NCBI GenBank assembly: GCA_024275415.1
Contig: JAJRZD010000125.1
Span: forward strand, 9,914 to 41,913
DNA length: 32,000 bases
Direction: 5' to 3'
Source: an archaeon
Lineage (GTDB): Archaea > Asgardarchaeota > Thorarchaeia > Thorarchaeales > Thorarchaeaceae
Shown piece after piece: positions 1 to 8,585 of the stretch; positions within the stretch are counted from its first letter, which is position 1; each line of letters begins with the position of its first letter. Below the pieces are notes generated by a model. The model did no database searches and was not told the origin of the DNA. It saw nothing but the letters and a program-made list of their open reading frames with translations. The translations under genes were made by a program, and so were the position numbers.

Positions 1-742
1 GTCGGTCCATCTCCACCTCGACCAGACCATCTTTGATTTTCGCAATGATGCCTTTCGTTTCCCCAATCCTTAGCGAAAGCCACCATGCGATGTCCTTGAT
101 GGTGACAGGACCAAAGTGGTCAATATACCTGCGAGTCACTTCAGCAAGGGCAGTTTCCTCGCTCATTGAGGATCTCTCGAATCCTTTGAGCCAGCGTTCT
201 GCAAGATCATAGGTCAATCGAGTGCTTCGTGCATGTTTCCCTCTGGCTCTTATGATCTTCCCCATCCCGATGCCGACAAGCAGAAGCCACCTCATCTGAT
301 TGCCAAGGTGTGGCAGTCGTTTCTTCAGCTCTCCTATACTCAACTGCCCCTCTTGCAATGCAAGCTCGATTTCCCTGATTTTCTCATCAATCTCAGATTG
401 CGTGAGGTTCTTGATTGGAGGTGCTTGTCGCATCGTCCTGACCAATCTAGGACCAAGGGCGTTCTGTACAATCGCATAGTTGTCTTTGTGGATGATGTGC
501 TGAGTGTTGCGAAATGCAGGCATTCGCACGAATTCTTTTCCTGAGTTCAGGGTGTCGAAGATATCGCTTGAAGCGTAATCACCGATGCGCGCCCACGCTG
601 AGAGATATGGTGTCCAATAGTCCGTGGAGTGTAGTCCCAATGAAGCCCTAGCGACATCGGAGAACGTTTTGTAACTGTTTCCCACCAGACCTTGTTTGTA
701 CAATTGGTAAGTCCTGACCTGCTCAGAATCACAATCCGCCAT
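1..742 (-). CDS. AlkZ/YcaQ-like (HTH_42 winged-helix) DNA glycosylase family protein, truncated by window edge
   Basis: Not in the ORF track; translated manually. ATG at 742 opens MADCDSEQVRTYQLYKQGL...ASLGLHSTDYWTPYLSAWAR...RRYIDHFGPVTIKDIAWWLSL, with no stop to the edge. PYLSAWAR and YIDHFGPVT..DIAWW are typical of this family. Confidence 0.8.
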   Translation of the reverse strand, partial: MADCDSEQVRTYQLYKQGLVGNSYKTFSDVARASLGLHSTDYWTPYLSAWARIGDYASSDIFDTLNSGKEFVRMPAFRNTQHIIHKDNYAIVQNALGPRLVRTMRQAPPIKNLTQSEIDEKIREIELALQEGQLSIGELKKRLPHLGNQMRWLLLVGIGMGKIIRARGKHARSTRLTYDLAERWLKGFERSSMSEETALAEVTRRYIDHFGPVTIKDIAWWLSLRIGETKGIIAKIKDGLVEVEMDR

Positions 743-785
743 CGAATCTCAGTCATCCCATTTGCTCTATCAATCTAACGGAAAC

Positions 786-1586
786 CTAGTCAGTCTGCTT
801 CTGAAGCATGTATCTCGCAATTGGTTCGCCTTCAGGAAACTCCCAAGTGCCTTTTACACCTGCCTTTAGAGCGCCAATCTCAAGATGGAGCATCGCTATC
901 CCACAATCGAGTCGTGGGGAGATGCTCTTTGAGGCGAAGGCATTCTTGAAGAATATCTCTATCGAGTCACCAACGATCCTGAACCTCCAAGGCTGCCTGT
1001 TCACGGCAGAGGGTGCAAGCCTGGCCGCCTCCAACGCGTGACGTGTCCACCCCGTTGGCTGCTCGCTTCCTAGATAGAGAAGCTTCTGTATCTCTTTTCT
1101 CCTTCGAGACCCAATGATTCCCGACATGACTTTCTCTGTCCTGCTCTTGCCAGTGGATGCAAATCCTACCGCTATGACTCCAAGTATCTTCTCATACTCT
1201 CCAAGGTCAATCTCACTGCTGATGCTCTCCTCTCTGAAAAAGCCCCCGACCCAACATGTATCCACTCCATTGGCTGTCGCCTCTAGCACCAGTCCTTCAC
1301 CATGGAATCCTACCGCTTCCTGAACCTGCTGCTGGATCATGTCCCCAATTAGGACAATGCAATGAGGCGAATCAGTAATCGCTCCGTATGAGCCAATAAC
1401 ACCTTTGAATAGGTCGCTGGGTGGCTCTGCTACGATGATGGAGCGTGCCCCAGGAATAGGATGGAATGAACTTGATATATCATCGAGTCTATCAAGAATC
1501 TCATCAGGCACCGGTTCTCCGGTGTATCGTCTCCGAGAATGTCTCGTTCTTATTGCCCCAAACCATCTATCGACTGGTATCTTCAT
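786..1586 (-). CDS. Nitroreductase family protein (two nitroreductase-fold domains)
   Basis: N-terminal RHSRRRY FMN-binding motif, GLVLEATANGVDTCWVGG, and ARLAPSAVNRQPWRF. Confidence 0.9.
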   Translation of the reverse strand: MKIPVDRWFGAIRTRHSRRRYTGEPVPDEILDRLDDISSSFHPIPGARSIIVAEPPSDLFKGVIGSYGAITDSPHCIVLIGDMIQQQVQEAVGFHGEGLVLEATANGVDTCWVGGFFREESISSEIDLGEYEKILGVIAVGFASTGKSRTEKVMSGIIGSRRRKEIQKLLYLGSEQPTGWTRHALEAARLAPSAVNRQPWRFRIVGDSIEIFFKNAFASKSISPRLDCGIAMLHLEIGALKAGVKGTWEFPEGEPIARYMLQKQTD

Positions 1587-1698
1587 GAGCTATCATCCTG
1601 AGATTGAGTCAAATTAAGAAAAGCATTGAGATAGAGTTCATTTCACAAACCACAAACAATAACTCACCAGCTCCCTTGCTCTCTACGAGGCGAACGAA

Positions 1699-1953
1699 TT
1701 GTCGTCACCCGAGGATATCATAGTCAGGAATCTGACAATCTACTTTGGTCTGGGGCTGCTACTCCGAATCGTACTTTACGGATTTCCTTCGTTGGAGTTA
1801 GTTTGGCTATACGTTACTCTATCTTTTTCGGTAGGTGTTGGTGGGGCCGCATTGACCATCGGTCGTGATTATGGGAAACGGAACTATCTTGCTGTTGGCA
1901 TTCTATTTGTCATTCTCGGACTGCTTCCGATCCATTACCTCTTTGTCGTCTAG
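1699..1953 (+). CDS. Small hypothetical membrane protein (about 3 TM)
   Basis: 84 aa, strongly hydrophobic, fills the intergenic gap. TTG start with GAGG 8 nt upstream. Confidence 0.5.
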   Translation: MSSPEDIIVRNLTIYFGLGLLLRIVLYGFPSLELVWLYVTLSFSVGVGGAALTIGRDYGKRNYLAVGILFVILGLLPIHYLFVV

Positions 1954-2545
1954 GGATGAACATGGGCACATTCTCAAAATACGCAATATATTCGCTGCCG
2001 AACTCTCGCACAAGTTCCTTCTCTTCCTTCTTGCACACTACATAATCTCGCGCTATGATGATTGGTGTGACCAGTAGGGAATAGAGTTGTGAGAGAAGCA
2101 ACGACATTCCAACATGTGACAGGATGGCTCCAAGATACTGAGGATGTCTTACCTTTGAGTATAGACCGCCGATGACCACTTTTTCGGCACGATGGGTTTC
2201 TGAAGCCTGCAATCCCAAGTCCCTGACACCACCAATACCAAGCCAGACTCCTAATGCGATGAACATCCCTCCAAAGATGATGTCAGCGGTCGAGAAGACG
2301 AAGGTGTTCTCTACGATCAGAATTGGTATATCAATGAATGGTAGTGCGAACTGTGGTTGTGGTGATAGCCAGATGCCGAAGAGGAAGATGAAATATCCCC
2401 AGCCAGATACCATACCGAGAGCACTACCAATCTTCTTACCTTTCTTCATACCATATCTGGCATCGAGTCTGGTATGCTCCACTGATAGGAAGTGAAGTGG
2501 AAGTAGTAACAGGATCCCGACCAGTGAAATTAGAAACCACACCAT
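1910..2545 (-). CDS. Isoprenylcysteine carboxyl methyltransferase / PEMT family membrane methyltransferase
   Basis: GGLYSKVRHPQYLG and KEEKELVREFGSEYIAYFENVPMFIPR motifs. Start moved to ATG 2545 (MVWFL) because the longer ORF overlaps the upstream gene. Confidence 0.85.
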   Translation of the reverse strand: MVWFLISLVGILLLLPLHFLSVEHTRLDARYGMKKGKKIGSALGMVSGWGYFIFLFGIWLSPQPQFALPFIDIPILIVENTFVFSTADIIFGGMFIALGVWLGIGGVRDLGLQASETHRAEKVVIGGLYSKVRHPQYLGAILSHVGMSLLLSQLYSLLVTPIIIARDYVVCKKEEKELVREFGSEYIAYFENVPMFIPRRQRGNGSEAVRE

Positions 2546-2613
2546 TACAAGCACCTTGCCCGTAATGATTTGTATCTCTTTGAGATGAGCTTTCCGATTC
2601 CGGGGATGCACAT

Positions 2614-3081
2614 CTACTCGTATCCCGCGATAGTGATATTCCCTATAGAGTTCATCTGTCGGACTTCGATGATCCTTGCTCCGAAGCCTCCGACAATTCC
2701 GGCGTAGAACCACGCCTGATATAAGAGGTCCGAAAAGACTGGTAACTCCAATGCGCTCCATCCAAGTGATGACTTCAGTGTGCTCCACACCATTGGATCC
2801 ACTGCTATCGCAATGAGCATGAAGATAAGTCCTACTAATGCACCTTTCACGAGAGCACATATCTGGTATTTCAGGCTACAACCTCCACCGACAAGATGCT
2901 TGTAAGTCACAGGGGCTGCAAGGAGAAAAATGGTCGGGATCGACACGACCCAGTAAAGACTCGGAGATGCCAATACGCTCGCTGTGATTCCGGCTCCTAA
3001 CATCAGGATATATACGATGGCCCAGTATTGTACCACCCAGAGCCAGCTTTTGATATCATCAGTGACGCTCATATCACTCAT
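2614..3081 (-). CDS. Hypothetical multi-pass membrane protein (about 4 TM)
   Basis: Four hydrophobic segments. Start MSDMSV at 3081 lies just after the stop of the upstream gene, giving operon-like spacing. Confidence 0.7.
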   Translation of the reverse strand: MSDMSVTDDIKSWLWVVQYWAIVYILMLGAGITASVLASPSLYWVVSIPTIFLLAAPVTYKHLVGGGCSLKYQICALVKGALVGLIFMLIAIAVDPMVWSTLKSSLGWSALELPVFSDLLYQAWFYAGIVGGFGARIIEVRQMNSIGNITIAGYE

Positions 3082-3094
3082 CCTGTTTGTGTTT

Positions 3095-3892
3095 TCAGAT
3101 TCCCTGATTATTCCTTCGATATGACTTATTGGTCGAGAGCCCGTGATGCGCAAACTCCATCTCTTCGCCCCCCAAAAAGATACGGGCTTCTCCATCTGAT
3201 AACCTGATCCCTATTCCCCCAAGGAATGGCTCTCTGTCTTGAGCGCCGATTTCCCTTTGAAGGAACATCCTCTTCGCTGCCATCAATGCAAGGTCATGTG
3301 TCACATGGATATGCATTGACCCGGCATCGTCGGCAGCAAGTCTGTCAAACAACTCTGCCTTTAGTCGGGATTCGTAGTCTTGAAACCGCTCTATCTTATC
3401 GTCAAACTCTCCATCCGCCCACCTGTTGATGAACACATCGATGTTCATTCCGTCAGGCTGGAGTTCATGCCAAACGCTCTGATCCCTGATCTCAGGTGTG
3501 GCTAGGATGGATAACGTTTCGAATTCCTCAACGCTCCCGCCTCTACTGCTGAACCCCTTCACAATCTCGTCCGCGGTCTGATAGCAGCGGGATACGAAGC
3601 TGAAGAAGATTCTTGTCTTCCGGTTCGTTGGCAACTTACTTCCAAACTCGGTGGACATCCTACATCCTGTAGGAGTGAGCCCTGTGCTCAGTTGGGCAGC
3701 ATGATTGTTGATGACCTCTCTATGAGAATGACGGATCATTAACAGAACATTGGTACTTGGAGAGAGTGCAACAACCCACTCTATCAGACGTTTCGCGCTT
3801 TTTAACCAGTCCAAGGAGTCCCATTCAGTTTCGTTTTTCACAGTGGACGTTCTACTCCTTCCATTGAGTGTTTTTTGGCTTACGACATCCAT
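3095..3892 (-). CDS. Histidine phosphatase (phosphoglycerate mutase-like) family protein
   Basis: LLMIRHSHR catalytic RH motif, SRCYQTA, and C-terminal HVTHD. Start position uncertain. Confidence 0.8.
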   Translation of the reverse strand: MDVVSQKTLNGRSRTSTVKNETEWDSLDWLKSAKRLIEWVVALSPSTNVLLMIRHSHREVINNHAAQLSTGLTPTGCRMSTEFGSKLPTNRKTRIFFSFVSRCYQTADEIVKGFSSRGGSVEEFETLSILATPEIRDQSVWHELQPDGMNIDVFINRWADGEFDDKIERFQDYESRLKAELFDRLAADDAGSMHIHVTHDLALMAAKRMFLQREIGAQDREPFLGGIGIRLSDGEARIFLGGEEMEFAHHGLSTNKSYRRNNQGI

Positions 3893-3920
3893 GATAAAAT
3901 AGTATGTTCGTACCTAGTTC

Positions 3921-5180
3921 CTATCCTGTGCGCTTCAAGAATTCTCTAATTGCGATTGCAGCAGACGCTCCCTCTCCAGCAGCTGATATGGCTTGGTTCG
4001 TGGCACCTGCCCTACAATCCCCGGCAGCAAAGACACCCATGACACTCGTCTGCATTCCAATGTTAGTTGTTATGAATCCCCGGTCGTCGGTCTTGATGGT
4101 GCCTGCAACGAATTTCGTGTTAGGCTTCAAACCAATGAAAACAAAAAGCCCGTCTGGCGAGTACTCCTTCAGCTCCCCGGTATCAATGTGCCTTACCATC
4201 ACGGACTTGAGCTGGTTCTCACCCTTGAGTTCTACCACCTCTGCATGTGTGATTATCTCAATTCCTTCTTTATCCCCAACCTTCTCCTGAAGGATTGGCG
4301 ATGCAGACGGTTTCTCTCCCCGCACGATGATAGTCACTTTCGTGGCGAATTTCTCCTTCAGGTACAACGATTCTTCGAAAGCCGAGTCACCTCCACCAAT
4401 GACGAAGAGTTCCTTCCCCTTGTAGAACGCGCCATCACAGGTGGCACAATAGTGGATACTGATTCCTGCTAGATCATCAGAGCCAGGGACTACTAATTCC
4501 CTGTAGTTGCTCCCTGTTGCCACAAGGACTGCATTGCAGAAGAGTTCCGTTCCGTCTGAGGTCACCACTTTCTTGTGGGCACATCTGTCGAATGACCCCC
4601 CGTCTTTCACATCGTGACAAGGAGAGATATCTACTACATCATATGGGAAGAGTATCTCGACACCGAACTTCTTGACTTGCTTCTTCAGATTCTCTGCGAA
4701 CACCTCTCCTGTGATGCCTTCAGGAAAGCCAGGGTAATTGTCTAATCTGTTCGTGATGAATGCCTGCCCACCAATCGTCGAACGTTCGATTACTAGAACC
4801 TCATAATCATCTCGTGCAAGATAGAGTGCTGCAGTGAGGCCCGCTGGTCCTCCTCCAATGATGATCACATCATAGAATGTGCTAGCAGCCTCGGTGGCAA
4901 GTCCTAGTGCCTTTGCCAGTTCAACATTGCTAGGCTCGATCAAAAGATGCTCTGACTGCCCCTCCACTATCTGAATCACAGGGATTTTTTTCATCGGTTT
5001 TCCATACATCTTCTCATTCGCAGCAAGAACAAAGTCATAGGCTTCTTTTGATTCAGAGGTTTCAAGCTCGATATCTCTCCATTCATAATGGATTCTTTGC
5101 TCACCTAGGTATTTTTTTGATCTTCTACAATCCGAACACCAATTGGCGCCGTAAACAACAACCTTCCTCTTTTCACTCAT
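3921..5180 (-). CDS. trxB: Glutaredoxin-domain / thioredoxin reductase fusion
   Basis: N-terminal YGANWCSDC Grx domain, then GGGPAG (FAD), CATCD redox motif, GGGDSA, and GVFAAGD. Confidence 0.9.
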   Translation of the reverse strand: MSEKRKVVVYGANWCSDCRRSKKYLGEQRIHYEWRDIELETSESKEAYDFVLAANEKMYGKPMKKIPVIQIVEGQSEHLLIEPSNVELAKALGLATEAASTFYDVIIIGGGPAGLTAALYLARDDYEVLVIERSTIGGQAFITNRLDNYPGFPEGITGEVFAENLKKQVKKFGVEILFPYDVVDISPCHDVKDGGSFDRCAHKKVVTSDGTELFCNAVLVATGSNYRELVVPGSDDLAGISIHYCATCDGAFYKGKELFVIGGGDSAFEESLYLKEKFATKVTIIVRGEKPSASPILQEKVGDKEGIEIITHAEVVELKGENQLKSVMVRHIDTGELKEYSPDGLFVFIGLKPNTKFVAGTIKTDDRGFITTNIGMQTSVMGVFAAGDCRAGATNQAISAAGEGASAAIAIREFLKRTG

Positions 5181-5252
5181 CTGTATCCCTTACAAACAGA
5201 CATATTGTTATGGAAAAGATTTGCTGTATAACCAGAAATGAAAACAAGTATT

Positions 5253-5273
5253 GAGGGGAATTGAATTCCCCTC
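5253..5273 (-). terminator. Inverted repeat GAGGGGAATT-n-AATTCCCCTC, likely terminator of the Gfo/Idh/MocA gene (or an operator for trxB)
   Basis: Perfect 10-bp inverted repeat about 16 nt after the stop at 5290, followed on the minus strand by T-rich CTTGTTTTCATTT. Confidence 0.6.
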
Positions 5274-5289
5274 TTTGCATCACAATGAA

Positions 5290-6324
5290 CTAGATGAGGT
5301 CAGTGACAATCTTATCTGACCACTTCTGTGCTGCAATCGCGTCCGTATAGTCGAACTCTGGCTTTTCATTCCCAAGGCATGCTTGGACAAAGTGTGCTAT
5401 CAGCTGTCGGTGACCCCATATTCGTGGACCCTTGCCTTCTACTTTCCAGTTCTGCGTTTCAGCACCTAGAAGGGACACATCGAATATGGACGGATCCTTA
5501 CTTGGAACCCAATCGACAACGATTGTTTTGCCATTGTTCCCGAATATCTCAAACCTACTGGTGTCCAATCCCTTTTCCACTGTTGAGCCGTACATCAGTT
5601 TTCCAACGACGCCATTTTCAAGCCGGATGACCCCTACTGTCTGGTATCCTTTGAAGTCATCAATGCCTTCGATTGGCATATAGTTTGCAGCCCATTTGAC
5701 ATTCTCAATATCCGTGCCGAAGAACCAGCGGAACATATCAAGTGACCAGACTGACAATGTATAATCTGGATAACCACCACTCTTTTCGATGTCCCATGCC
5801 CACGATGAAAGTGGCCACTGATCAGCCAGGTCTTTTGCAGCAATGAACTCCCTGAATGTTATTGCGATAGGCTTTCCGATGGCCCCACTCTCATAGAGCT
5901 CTTTTGCCTTGACATAGCCGGGACATCTTCTAAAGTTAAGTATCGGCATGAGCACGACGCCTTGTTTCTCTGCAAGCTTGCCCAACTCCTCGGCCTGCTC
6001 GAGTTTTGGTGCGATAGGCATTTCCAGATAGACATGCTTACCACCCTCGAGTGCTTCTTTGGCCATTGGATAATGGAACGGGGTGGGTGTCGCTACACAT
6101 ACCGCGTCAACCTCTGGATCCTTGCATACCTCGCTCCAGTCGTAGTAGATATTGATACCGTACTTCTCTTTCAGTTTGGTTGCGATTTCCTCGCTTTTTC
6201 GCCCCTTTCTCGCAATTACTCCCAAGAGCTTTGAGTTAGGTACTTTCCGAAATGATGGTACATGTGCCTGTCCACCAACAAACCCGAGACCTGCACAGAC
6301 CGTTTTAAGTTCCTTATCTGCCAT
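5290..6324 (-). CDS. Gfo/Idh/MocA family NAD(P)-dependent oxidoreductase
   Basis: AGLGFVG Rossmann motif, VDAVCVATPTPFHY, HVYLEMPIA (EKP-like motif), and NFRR. Start MADK at 6324 has an AAGGAG RBS. Confidence 0.9.
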   Translation of the reverse strand: MADKELKTVCAGLGFVGGQAHVPSFRKVPNSKLLGVIARKGRKSEEIATKLKEKYGINIYYDWSEVCKDPEVDAVCVATPTPFHYPMAKEALEGGKHVYLEMPIAPKLEQAEELGKLAEKQGVVLMPILNFRRCPGYVKAKELYESGAIGKPIAITFREFIAAKDLADQWPLSSWAWDIEKSGGYPDYTLSVWSLDMFRWFFGTDIENVKWAANYMPIEGIDDFKGYQTVGVIRLENGVVGKLMYGSTVEKGLDTSRFEIFGNNGKTIVVDWVPSKDPSIFDVSLLGAETQNWKVEGKGPRIWGHRQLIAHFVQACLGNEKPEFDYTDAIAAQKWSDKIVTDLI

Positions 6325-6559
6325 TCCATTCTCGCTCCTTTTCATCATATGAGTCAGATAGTCATGTTATGGTTGGGAGAACATAGTTCACTCATTCCGT
6401 TCACAACTATTGACTCTTGTTTTTGATTGCAGTATGAACGACCTCTGCCTTTTAAGGAATAGGGCTTATTGTAAAGGTGCAAGAATTTCTTTGTCTTGTT
6501 ACAAAACGTAAACGACCTGCTATCTTCCTATCGAAATACTGCTGGATTACCTCGGTCTA

Positions 6560-7204
6560 TCATCTTATCGCTTTCAGAGCTCTACTTGCAACGAACCAGC
6601 TTATGTTTCCGAGCATCTCGTGTGGGAGATAGAATATCGAATTTCTGTCAAAGAGCATACGGGCACTTGCTGGGAACTCCTCGTCAGCCTCTTCAAAGAT
6701 TATGAGCACTTTTACCATGGGGAGAAAGGACAGCTCAAACCCTACATCTCCGTAGTCTACTCTCTTCGCACCTAACCGCTCGAATGCTGTATAGAGCTTC
6801 TCCCTATTCTCAATAAAAGCAGCAAGGAGTGCTTTGATGTCTTCTTCGTCAAATGAATACCTGCAAGCCCACGACCCTCTCAATGTGTTGAACTTCACCC
6901 ATTCGTTCCCGATGCCCTTGTCCTTTGCCTTGCTGTAATAGAAGAGATATGGAATCAACCGGCTGGGTGATGTTTCTGTATTTGTAAACGTATCGACAGT
7001 CCTTCCTGTTTCAAAATATAATCGGATACCAAGAATGTCCACATATTCGCTTCCCAGTCCAAAATGGTTCCTGATGGACTGGATGTCATCCTTGAAATTC
7101 TCCCAGCTCCACATTGCTGAACTCGTATCGAACTGCTCGATGTCGTGCTTATGCGCTATCTCTCGCGCGACACCCATCCAATACTCTAGAATATCGTCCG
7201 GCAT
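6560..7204 (-). CDS. DUF3786-like protein
   Basis: C-terminal FLPMVKVLIIFEEADEEFPASARMLFD..SIFYLPHE matches the DUF3786 signature as recalled. Confidence 0.75.
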   Translation of the reverse strand: MPDDILEYWMGVAREIAHKHDIEQFDTSSAMWSWENFKDDIQSIRNHFGLGSEYVDILGIRLYFETGRTVDTFTNTETSPSRLIPYLFYYSKAKDKGIGNEWVKFNTLRGSWACRYSFDEEDIKALLAAFIENREKLYTAFERLGAKRVDYGDVGFELSFLPMVKVLIIFEEADEEFPASARMLFDRNSIFYLPHEMLGNISWFVASRALKAIR

Positions 7205-7259
7205 AGAAAATCACCTACTCTGATACATCCGTTCCTATCAGTTTTTACAAACGCCATGC

Positions 7260-8060
7260 CTATTCCTTCTTGGCTTTCTCAGGTGCCGACCTGCAATCCT
7301 CAATTCCTGCAGCCTCGCATACAGCATAGCGTGCCTGATACCCTGCAACATGGAGGAGCGCATCACCGACTTCTCTATCCTTAGCCATTGACGCCGTGCA
7401 CGGGTATGCGTGATGGGCTTTAGAGATCACATCGAATAGGTCATCTGTATCTGCTATCGACCGTCCTCTGACCTTCTGGCTGACATACCATGTACATCCG
7501 CAAGGAGCAGAACGTTTTGGCCCGATCTCGGCAATGATGTCGCCTTTCATGTCCACATAATGGATTGGTCGCCCTAGTCTGTACTGCTCGATGAACTCGT
7601 CAATCAAAGCACCTTCTCCTGGTTCGAGAGTACAGAATGGCTTTGGAAACGCGGATTCAATACCTATCTCATCAAGGGTTTCCTTGACTTGCGCGCGCAA
7701 ACCTGGGGGTATCCATGTTGGATCCTCGATTGGCGCCAAGACGGCTCTCGCACCTGTTATCTTGATCATGTGATCGACCGAAGCAATGATGTCGTGGTGG
7801 ATTGCGACAATCAATAGGAGGTCGCACTTTTCTAGCCCGATTTCGTTGATGTATTGCTCAGGGTCTTCGATAATGGTGGGTGAGGGGGGGTCAATGGGAT
7901 AGATTCCCACAATATCGCCCACATAAGATCCATAGGTAGATCTGCATTCTGAGCAGCTAGGCTCACATGCCTGACAGAATGTCCGGAAGTTGATTAGGTT
8001 CCCTATAACTCGCTCAGCGAAGACATCGCCGTAAATGGTCGCTATTCGCATAGTCGCCAC
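7260..8060 (-). CDS. DUF166-like Cys-rich protein
   Basis: FPKPFCTL, SAPCGCT, HHAYPCTASM and GDALLHVAGY motifs, plus N-terminal CxxCxxxCxxC. Start is GTG 8060 or ATG 8051. Confidence 0.75.
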   Translation of the reverse strand: MATMRIATIYGDVFAERVIGNLINFRTFCQACEPSCSECRSTYGSYVGDIVGIYPIDPPSPTIIEDPEQYINEIGLEKCDLLLIVAIHHDIIASVDHMIKITGARAVLAPIEDPTWIPPGLRAQVKETLDEIGIESAFPKPFCTLEPGEGALIDEFIEQYRLGRPIHYVDMKGDIIAEIGPKRSAPCGCTWYVSQKVRGRSIADTDDLFDVISKAHHAYPCTASMAKDREVGDALLHVAGYQARYAVCEAAGIEDCRSAPEKAKKE

Positions 8061-8213
8061 CTAGAAGTGTAAAACGTATCTTAGCATGTTACATAAGGAT
8101 GTTGTTTGCGGCTCTTTCCATCTCCCTAACGGAAATATAATAACTTACAGATGCGCTGACGAATCTGGTGATGCAACATGGTTCTAGGTGACCTGCTCTT
8201 CCCGAATATCGAA

Positions 8214-8585
8214 ATGAAGCTCGTTATCACACATGATTTTATGAGCGATGTGGAAGCCGCACAGAACAGGATGTCCAATGAGTACCGGAATGCGACTGCC
8301 CTCGTTCGGTTGAGCAAAGGGGATATGCAGAAGCTGGGTCTGAAAGGTGAATCGAATGTGAGCATCCAATCAAAGGCTGGTTCAGTTGTTGTACATGCGG
8401 TAATGGACGAGAACGCTAAGGATGGCCTCGCCGTCGTCCCCTATGGTCCTTGGGCACTTGCACTTGTAGATGTCCCACCTGATGGATCTCCGCCACAGTA
8501 CCACGGGATTCCTGTGACCGTGAAACGGAGCGATGAACAGATTACTCCTCTTCTTGACCTTTTTCAGGACTCTTCATCGTCTTGA
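8214..8585 (+). CDS. fwdD: FwdD/FmdD-like molybdopterin-dinucleotide-binding-fold subunit (degenerate)
   Basis: DMQKLGL..NVSIQSKAGSVVV and PYGPWA pattern of FwdD, but the TGRT/QG motif is missing. Start 8214 preferred; 8178 is possible. Confidence 0.75.
   Translation: MKLVITHDFMSDVEAAQNRMSNEYRNATALVRLSKGDMQKLGLKGESNVSIQSKAGSVVVHAVMDENAKDGLAVVPYGPWALALVDVPPDGSPPQYHGIPVTVKRSDEQITPLLDLFQDSSSS

Noticed and set aside
547-756. 69-aa ORF in the track
   Set aside because: It is an alternative frame of the AlkZ-like gene, whose real frame starts at 742.
1910-2545. ICMT homologue as a sign of eukaryote-like prenylation
   Set aside because: The ICMT/PEMT family is widespread in prokaryotes, and nothing nearby supports a CaaX pathway.
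2546-2860. N-terminal 105-aa extension of the ICMT-family ORF
   Set aside because: It overlaps the upstream membrane gene and has non-protein-like composition; the internal ATG at 2545 is preferred.
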